A stretch of DNA of 35,914 nt from an uncultured Anaerolineaceae bacterium (lineage in GTDB: Bacteria; Chloroflexota; Anaerolineae; Anaerolineales; UBA4823). The stretch spans positions 4,640 to 40,553 of the forward strand of contig CAZAGA010000001.1 of assembly GCA_964484335.1 (NCBI GenBank), read 5' to 3'. A model generated the notes under the pieces. The model did not search any database. It saw nothing but the letters and a program-made list of their open reading frames with translations, and was not told where the DNA came from. Every line of letters begins with the position of its first letter. The stretch's first letter is position 1. Below, in pieces: positions 7,821 to 13,907 of this stretch. The position numbers and the translations under genes were made by a program.

Positions 7821-9356
7821 TCAGGGAAATAACCCCCGATCTTCAATCGGGGTGTATTCCTGCACCGCCTGTTTCAAAGGGGTTTCCAAGGGGCTGCCCA
7901 GGCGGACATACAAGTCGCCTGCTGCATCCGAGTAGATCAACACCCAGCCTGATTTAAGTTTCATCAAGTTATAAATCGGAGTATGATCATTAACTAAAAC
8001 CATATCAGTTGGGTAATCATCCAATAGCTGATCCCAGCGTCCCAATCCAAGCAGAAAGCCAAGATTCTTCTCGTATACTTCAGGCGAATAGACCGTCTCC
8101 CGGCGCCCATCCACTGATACTTTGATGCCTGGTCCAAGGTGCCAGATTACGTAGCCGCCCCAGTTATACTCGGTAGCGATATTCCCCTGCACCTGGCTAT
8201 TCTTGATGATCTGGACTGCCTGGACCGGGTACGGGGGTGATTGGCTAACCGTAATGTAGCCCAGGTTGGGAATCGCCAGCAGAAGAATTCCCAGGGCAGC
8301 AAATAGAGCCAGAAATGAGCCCCAGCGCGGGACACCCAGCGCCTGTCGGCGCATCCAACCGGAGCGCATCAGCAGGCTGGCAATATGCTCTCCTGCGACC
8401 ATCAATGCAAGGATCGCAAACAGGGAGAGATGGCGCTTGGCAACAAAGGGCATCAGGGCAGCGACACTCAGGAGCAGAACCATCACCGGCGAACGGTGTC
8501 GCTGAGAATAGATCAGGGCAACAATTGAGACCGCCAACAGAAACAGATACAGAATACCAAACGGGCTGGTGAGGGTTAGTGGAGCCCAGACCCAGATTTC
8601 TGGCCGGGCATCACTTGAGGAATGAAGCAGGTACTGGTAAAGCGATAATCCGTAAGGCGTCACAAGGGTTGCCAGCAAGCTTACCGCGGTTGGAAAAACA
8701 ATTTTCCGCCAGTCGAAGGACTGGATCACCAGGTGCATTACCACCCAGCCCAATAACAAAGCCACCCCAATTAGAAAGCCCCCATGCAAATTGGCCCATA
8801 GGAGAAAAATCGGTGGAGCAGCCCAGAGCAGCTTGAGGTTTCCTTCTTCAGCACGCAGCAATAAGGAAACGAACAGCGCCAACATCGGCAGGGTAAAAAT
8901 TTGCGGGTAAACCGTTGAAAAATCGGAGGCCAGCAGGATACTACCAATAAATAAGACCAATCCACCTGCCAGCAGGTCTACATGTTGGAGACGAAAGTTA
9001 TTAAGGATAATCCCAAGCGTAAGCAAGCCAAGCAGCAGTTTCAACAGCACCAACCCGATTACCTGGCCGATCCTCCAGGCCAACGCAAACAGGATTTGCG
9101 CCAGCCACTCGTGGTTGATCCAGCCCTGACCTCCGGTCAAGTAAGAATACGGATCGCTGCGGGCAATTGCTAAGCTGCTTAGATTATCCAACCCAGCCTT
9201 TAGATGACTCCAAAGGTCAATATTGGCAATCGTGCCAGAAAAAGTTAATAATGTCAGTGAAACCAGCAGCGCCATCAGACTGATCCTCCACAAGCCGGGA
9301 TCCTTCTTCCGGTCGTCCTGAGTTCTGCTGGCTGGGATTGCTGCATCGGTAGACAT
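7821..9356 (-). CDS. Polytopic integral membrane protein with C-terminal extracytoplasmic domain (possible GT-C-like glycosyltransferase or polymerase; function unknown)
   Basis: More than 10 predicted TM helices followed by a soluble C-terminus of about 130 aa. The track ORF begins at a TTG (9392). The ATG at 9356 (MSTDAAIP...) is preceded by TTGTAC-18-TATAAT-6 nt and has no Shine-Dalgarno, so I take 9356 as the start. Confidence 0.6.
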   Translation of the reverse strand: MSTDAAIPASRTQDDRKKDPGLWRISLMALLVSLTLLTFSGTIANIDLWSHLKAGLDNLSSLAIARSDPYSYLTGGQGWINHEWLAQILFALAWRIGQVIGLVLLKLLLGLLTLGIILNNFRLQHVDLLAGGLVLFIGSILLASDFSTVYPQIFTLPMLALFVSLLLRAEEGNLKLLWAAPPIFLLWANLHGGFLIGVALLLGWVVMHLVIQSFDWRKIVFPTAVSLLATLVTPYGLSLYQYLLHSSSDARPEIWVWAPLTLTSPFGILYLFLLAVSIVALIYSQRHRSPVMVLLLSVAALMPFVAKRHLSLFAILALMVAGEHIASLLMRSGWMRRQALGVPRWGSFLALFAALGILLLAIPNLGYITVSQSPPYPVQAVQIIKNSQVQGNIATEYNWGGYVIWHLGPGIKVSVDGRRETVYSPEVYEKNLGFLLGLGRWDQLLDDYPTDMVLVNDHTPIYNLMKLKSGWVLIYSDAAGDLYVRLGSPLETPLKQAVQEYTPIEDRGLFP

Positions 9357-9362
9357 AGCAAA

Positions 9363-9392
9363 ATTATAGCATTGCTTGGAATCTTGGTACAA
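9363..9392 (-). promoter_or_regulatory. Candidate promoter giving a leaderless transcript for the 7821-9356 gene
   Basis: Minus strand reads TTGTAC (9392-9387), an 18-nt spacer, TATAAT (9368-9363), then tttgct and ATG (9356). Confidence 0.4.
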
Positions 9393-9430
9393 TTGCCGGC
9401 GGATTAAAAAACAAATAAAGGAACACGGCT

Positions 9431-9820
9431 ATGCGTTCACGGCTATTCCCAAAAATTCTCCTTGTCCTTATATTGGTTCTGCTTAGCGCTTGCGCAACGG
9501 AATCCGGCAGCGCCCCGGCGGCTATTGAAAGCTACCTGCAAGCCCTGGTGACCAAAAATGCCAGCCAGCTTGTGGCTGCCTCCTGTGCAGCATGGGAAGC
9601 CAGCGCTCGCCAGGAGTTGCGCACCTTTGATGCAGTAGAGGTTAGCCTGAACGAACTGGCCTGTCAAGTAGCTGATCAGAGCGGAGATACCGTTCGGGTT
9701 GCCTGCAGCGGCAGAATTACCGCCAATTATGGCAATGAAGTGCTTGAGATCAACCTGGCCGACCGCAGTTATACCGCTGTTAATGAAGCCGGCGAATGGC
9801 GGATGTGTGGATATCAATAA
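9431..9820 (+). CDS. Small secreted lipoprotein, unknown function
   Basis: 129 aa with lipobox VLLSAC. Cys-rich mature part and an aaaggaa Shine-Dalgarno upstream. It is the first gene co-directional with the acylation locus. Confidence 0.7.
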   Translation: MRSRLFPKILLVLILVLLSACATESGSAPAAIESYLQALVTKNASQLVAASCAAWEASARQELRTFDAVEVSLNELACQVADQSGDTVRVACSGRITANYGNEVLEINLADRSYTAVNEAGEWRMCGYQ

Positions 9821-9840
9821 ATGCTCACTCAGCAAAAAAG

Positions 9841-9960
9841 ATGACTAGACCTTGGCTGAACCGTGAAAACCTGGCGGCACTTGTCTTTTGCCTGATCTTG
9901 ATCGCAATCGTCATCGCCAGCGCAGATCAATCCCCGCAGTGGATTTACCAAGGTTTTTAG
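9841..9960 (+). CDS. 39-aa single-TM microprotein with C-terminal WIYQGF motif (DltX-like acyl-shuttle candidate)
   Basis: Not in the ORF track (too short). ATG 9841 to TAG 9958-9960 gives MTRPWLNRENLAALVFCLILIAIVIASADQSPQWIYQGF, one hydrophobic helix plus a C-terminal aromatic-IY-x-x-F hexapeptide. Its stop codon abuts the GTG start of the MBOAT gene. No strong Shine-Dalgarno. Confidence 0.55.
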   Translation: MTRPWLNRENLAALVFCLILIAIVIASADQSPQWIYQGF

Positions 9961-11394
9961 GTGACTCTGCTACCTGCCCTGGTATTCCCACTGGGCGCTG
10001 TACTGATTGCCTGGTTGCTACCTGCTCGGATGCGGCTGGGAGCAATTGTAGTCGCCGGTCTATTAGCAGTTTTCTGGCTGCAGCCCGCCCTTCCAATTCG
10101 CAGCCTGGATTATTGGCTGCCGACTGCCAGCCTTATCCTCACCATTATCGTCTGGACCACAACCCAGCCAACCATCCTGGAAACCGCAGACCAACGGAAA
10201 AGCTTGCTACAGGCCGGCGGCTTGATCGGCGGATCACTCCTGCTGCTCAGTCTGACCCGCTATCTGGACGGAGTGTGCTGTCTGAGCGCATCACGCCCTC
10301 CCCAGCTTGGGCAAGTCTTCTTATTTGTAACTGCTGGCCTTGCCCTGGCTGCCTTGCCTCTCTTGCTCCCCCGCCACAGACGTCTGTTTTCACTAGCGGC
10401 AGTTGGCATTATCCTGGCGCTCTTCCTGGTCTTAAAAAGTCCAGCCTTATTGCAGGCCGCCAGCCATGCATTGCGTGGCCTGACCGGCCAGCCGGTTGAA
10501 CTGGCCAGTCCGCAGGACCTCAGCTGGATTGGCTTTTCCTTCATCGCTTTCCGGCTGTTACACGCTTTACTGGACTTTCGCGCGGGCCGATTGCCTGCTT
10601 ACCGGCTTGATCAGTTTGCCGCATACGTCCTGTTTTTTCCCAGCTTGGCAGCCGGACCAATCGATCGCTCGCAGCATTTCATTGGCGAGCTAATCAATCC
10701 TAAAAGCTCACCAGCCGCCAACCTGTCGACCGGCTTGGAACGGATTGTGTGGGGATTATTTAAAAAGTTCGTCCTGGCAGATAGTTTTGCACTGGCCGCT
10801 CTGAACAGTCAAAACGCGGCCCAAGCAGAATCAACCCTGTGGACCTGGCTGCTGGTTTATGCGTATGCTTTGCGAATCTACTTCGATTTTTCAGCCTACA
10901 CAGACCTGGCATTGGGGACAGGAAAAATCCTTGGCCTCAATCTGCCAGAGAACTTTGACCGGCCTTACCTGAAGCAGAACCTGACTGCCTTCTGGAATAG
11001 CTGGCATATCACCCTGGCGCAGTGGTTCCGGGCTTACTTTTTTAATCCACTGACGCGCGCCCTGCGCTCGCGGGCCCGACCGATGCCAGGATGGAGCATT
11101 ATCCTGTTGGCCCAGATCAGCACCATGTTGCTGATCGGACTATGGCATGGGATTAATTGGAATTTTGCTATCTGGGGCGCCTGGCATGGACTGGGATTGT
11201 TTATCCATAACCGCTGGAGTGAATGGAGCCGGTCACGCCTGGGCTTTCTTGAAACCCATTCGAGTTGGAAACGCGTTGCCCGTGGAGCTGGCTGGTTACT
11301 CACCTTCCAATATGTCACCCTGGGATGGGTCTGGTTTGCTCTGCCATCTGTCCAGCTCTCCAGCCGGGTGTTTCAAAAATTAGCTGGGTTTTAG
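9961..11394 (+). CDS. MBOAT-family membrane-bound O-acyltransferase (DltB/AlgI-like)
   Basis: 477 aa, polytopic. Contains the hallmark blocks RIYFDFSAYTDLALGTGKILGLNLPENFDRPY and FWNSWHITLAQWFRAYFFNPL, the latter carrying the conserved catalytic His. Confidence 0.9.
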   Translation: MTLLPALVFPLGAVLIAWLLPARMRLGAIVVAGLLAVFWLQPALPIRSLDYWLPTASLILTIIVWTTTQPTILETADQRKSLLQAGGLIGGSLLLLSLTRYLDGVCCLSASRPPQLGQVFLFVTAGLALAALPLLLPRHRRLFSLAAVGIILALFLVLKSPALLQAASHALRGLTGQPVELASPQDLSWIGFSFIAFRLLHALLDFRAGRLPAYRLDQFAAYVLFFPSLAAGPIDRSQHFIGELINPKSSPAANLSTGLERIVWGLFKKFVLADSFALAALNSQNAAQAESTLWTWLLVYAYALRIYFDFSAYTDLALGTGKILGLNLPENFDRPYLKQNLTAFWNSWHITLAQWFRAYFFNPLTRALRSRARPMPGWSIILLAQISTMLLIGLWHGINWNFAIWGAWHGLGLFIHNRWSEWSRSRLGFLETHSSWKRVARGAGWLLTFQYVTLGWVWFALPSVQLSSRVFQKLAGF

Positions 11395-11396
11395 AA

Positions 11397-12560
11397 ATGT
11401 ATCAACCTTCAACACTTCCGAAGAAGGAGACTTTCTCAGCCATCCATGTGGCCTGGAAAGGGTTGCTGTTATTTATCCTGGTCAATCTGGCATTTGCCGC
11501 CGTTTACCCGATGCAAGCACTGGGGCGGATTTCTGCGTATAACACCCTGCTGCCTGGCCGGCCGCGACTGCCATACGGCGACAATCCTGAGCGATCCAAT
11601 AGCCTTAGCCTGTTCAACCTGGAAGCAATGTTCGCATCGCATGAGCTGGCTGGCCAGGCCGAGAAGCCAGATGGTGAGTACCGGATTATTTTTATCGGCG
11701 ACTCGGCCACTTGGGGCTTCCTGCTACCAGCAAAGGAAACCCTGACCGCGCAGATCAATAACTCAGGAGCCCACCTGCCCGATGGTCGGATTATCCGTGC
11801 CTATAACTTCGGCTATCCGGTGATGTCACTGACCAAGGATCTGCTGATCCTGACTTATGCCATGCGCTACCAGCCGGATCTGGTGGTTTGGCCAGTAACG
11901 CTTGAGTCGTTCCCAGATGACAAACAGCTCTTTCCCCCGCTACTGAAAAATAATCCTGAGCCAGTCTTCGCGTTGATCGAACGCTATCAGCTCGGTTTAG
12001 ACCCGGCATCTGCTCACCTGGTCGAACTTGGCCTGTTGGAGCGGACAATTTTTGGGGCGCGCCGGGAGCTGGCCGATCTCTTCCGCTTGCAAATGCTGGG
12101 CATCCCCTGGGCCGCGACCGGCATTGACCAGGATATTCCGGAAAGTTTCATCGCTCGCCAGGAAGATCTTTCCGCGGATCTGACTTTCCATGACTTTGAA
12201 CCTGGCCAACTCGACCCGCAAGCACTGGCATTTACAGCGCTTGAGGCCGGGATCGCGATAGCCGGAGATATCCCCGTGCTACTGGTCAACGAGCCAATGT
12301 TCATCAGCCAAGGAGCCAACAGCGATCGGCGCTATAATTATTACTATCCTCGCTGGGCTTATGATGATTATCGACGCTTAATGGTTGAGCTAAGCGCCCA
12401 GCAGGATTGGCTATATCGGGACTATTGGGACCTGGTACCAGGCAACGAGTTCACCAACAGCGCTGTTCATATGAGCCCGGCCGGAACAGCTCTTTTTGCG
12501 GAACGGTTGCTACAAGATATCCTGGAAATCAACCAACCGATTACTAGACCCGATCTATAG
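11397..12560 (+). CDS. N-terminally membrane-anchored SGNH/GDSL-type acyl-transferase/esterase (DltD-like role)
   Basis: The ATG at 11397 lies 2 nt after the MBOAT stop; the track's upstream extension overlaps the MBOAT in another frame. TM helix LLLFILVNLAFAAVY, Block I IIFIGDSATWG and a C-terminal His block NSAVHMSPAGTALFAERL. Its 388 aa is similar in size and topology to DltD. Confidence 0.75.
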   Translation: MYQPSTLPKKETFSAIHVAWKGLLLFILVNLAFAAVYPMQALGRISAYNTLLPGRPRLPYGDNPERSNSLSLFNLEAMFASHELAGQAEKPDGEYRIIFIGDSATWGFLLPAKETLTAQINNSGAHLPDGRIIRAYNFGYPVMSLTKDLLILTYAMRYQPDLVVWPVTLESFPDDKQLFPPLLKNNPEPVFALIERYQLGLDPASAHLVELGLLERTIFGARRELADLFRLQMLGIPWAATGIDQDIPESFIARQEDLSADLTFHDFEPGQLDPQALAFTALEAGIAIAGDIPVLLVNEPMFISQGANSDRRYNYYYPRWAYDDYRRLMVELSAQQDWLYRDYWDLVPGNEFTNSAVHMSPAGTALFAERLLQDILEINQPITRPDL

Positions 12561-12575
12561 CCGGGCTGGTTAAGA

Positions 12576-12581
12576 TATAAT
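12576..12581 (+). promoter_or_regulatory. Candidate internal -10 element (taaGATATAATccg) 7 nt upstream of the ATG at 12589 (leaderless candidate)
   Basis: TATAAT at 12576-12581 and ATG at 12589-12591, with no Shine-Dalgarno between them. The same GATATAAT octamer recurs in three other intergenic regions. Confidence 0.35.
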
Positions 12582-12588
12582 CCGCTTG

Positions 12589-13584
12589 ATGAAATCCCTG
12601 TCCTTGTCCTTCTTGATCCTGCTATTTTGCCTGACTGCTTGCGGCGGGAGCGAGCCGGCGAGCACGGCCTCACCAACGAACCCGTCTCCGGTCGGAGAAC
12701 CAACTGCACTGACCAGAGCAACTGCCGGCCCATCCCAGGCTCAATTCATCCCCACCGCCCCAGAACCTACCAAAGGAATTGTCGAACCCACCGCCGCCCC
12801 CCCTACTCTACCCGCCCCGACAGCCACCTTACGCCCGACGCTGAGTCCAGAAGACTGGAAAAATTTGCCCGTCATCCCCGAGATCAGCTCAACTGTGATT
12901 CAAATCTACCAGCACGGTGTGTCCCTGGGAAATAATCCACGCGCCTTTTCAAAAATCGGCGACTGCGGCAGTACCCCGGCCTGGTTCCTGGGAGACTTCG
13001 ATCGCGGTCCTAAATATTACAACCTGGGGCAGTACACCAATCTGGAACAGGTTATTGGAGTCTTTCAGGGCTCGTACAGCCGGACGAGCCTGGCTGCCAA
13101 GTCCGGTTTTAATGCTTCCTCGATCTTCTCGCCCTTGTGGTCTGACCCCAAGCAATGCCAACCTGGTGAGGCGCCGCTGGCATGCGAATACCGGGTCCAT
13201 CGTCCCAGCATGGCCTTCATCATGCTGGGCTCGAACGACGTTTACCATCCGGATGAATTTGAACCCCAGATGCGCCAGATTATCGAGCTGTCGATCGGTC
13301 AGGGGATTATTCCAATCCTATCCACCAAAGCTGATAACCTGGAAGGAGACGGCAGCATTAACGCCGCCATTGCCCGGCTGGCACAGGAGTACGACATCCC
13401 ACTGTGGAATTACTGGCGGGCGGTTCAGGATCTGCCAGATCAAGGACTGCAAGAAGACAACGTCCATATCACCTGGGCGTCAAACCAGTTCGATAATCCC
13501 TTCAATATGAGCCGGGGTTGGCCAATTCGCAACCTGAATGCGCTGCAGGTCTTGGATGCCATCTGGTTGGCGGTGTCACAATAA
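12589..13584 (+). CDS. Secreted SGNH-like lipoprotein with Pro/Thr-rich linker and a GDC variant of Block I
   Basis: Lipobox LFCLTAC and a PT-rich linker of about 70 aa. The catalytic-domain blocks are KIGDCGSTPAWFLG (Block I with Cys where Ser is expected), AFIMLGSNDV (Block III GxND) and EDNVHIT (Block V DxxH). Confidence 0.7.
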   Translation: MKSLSLSFLILLFCLTACGGSEPASTASPTNPSPVGEPTALTRATAGPSQAQFIPTAPEPTKGIVEPTAAPPTLPAPTATLRPTLSPEDWKNLPVIPEISSTVIQIYQHGVSLGNNPRAFSKIGDCGSTPAWFLGDFDRGPKYYNLGQYTNLEQVIGVFQGSYSRTSLAAKSGFNASSIFSPLWSDPKQCQPGEAPLACEYRVHRPSMAFIMLGSNDVYHPDEFEPQMRQIIELSIGQGIIPILSTKADNLEGDGSINAAIARLAQEYDIPLWNYWRAVQDLPDQGLQEDNVHITWASNQFDNPFNMSRGWPIRNLNALQVLDAIWLAVSQ

Positions 13585-13638
13585 AGTTAGCTGCCTGAAC
13601 CGACCCCAGGTTTTCTTGAATAACTAACGAGAGCCCAA

Positions 13639-13887
13639 ATGAACCCAACCATTGCTGAACCACTGGCCCAATATATAGCCGAGAAAATCCTTAAGCTGCC
13701 CAAGCGGAAGATTCAGCCGGATGAGCCACTGCTCTCTGGAGGACTGATTGACTCTTTCTACCTAGTTGACCTGGCTCTGTTCGTTGAGGATGTTTTTGGA
13801 GTGCGAATCGATGATACCGAGCTCAACAAAGACAGCTTTGACACCCTGGCGCAATTGAGCAAGCTGATCGAGCAACGCCAGAGATAG
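13639..13887 (+). CDS. Acyl/peptidyl carrier protein (phosphopantetheine-binding)
   Basis: 82 aa and acidic, with GGLIDSFYLVDLALFVE containing the DS attachment serine. The size and helix pattern are those of ACP/DltC-type carriers. Confidence 0.85.
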   Translation: MNPTIAEPLAQYIAEKILKLPKRKIQPDEPLLSGGLIDSFYLVDLALFVEDVFGVRIDDTELNKDSFDTLAQLSKLIEQRQR

Positions 13888-13907
13888 CGCCAACGAAAAA
13901 CTATCCG

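Noticed and set aside
9888-10499. 203-aa plus-strand ORF rich in Pro/Arg/Ser
   Set aside because: It is an alternative frame inside the MBOAT gene. The MBOAT frame carries the family motifs and this one has none.
11265-11396. N-terminal extension of the DltD-like ORF given in the ORF track
   Set aside because: It would overlap the last 130 nt of the MBOAT gene in another frame. The ATG at 11397 lies 2 nt after the MBOAT stop and is followed directly by the TM anchor.
12917-13510. 197-aa plus-strand ORF
   Set aside because: It is an alternative frame inside the SGNH-like lipoprotein gene and has no motifs.
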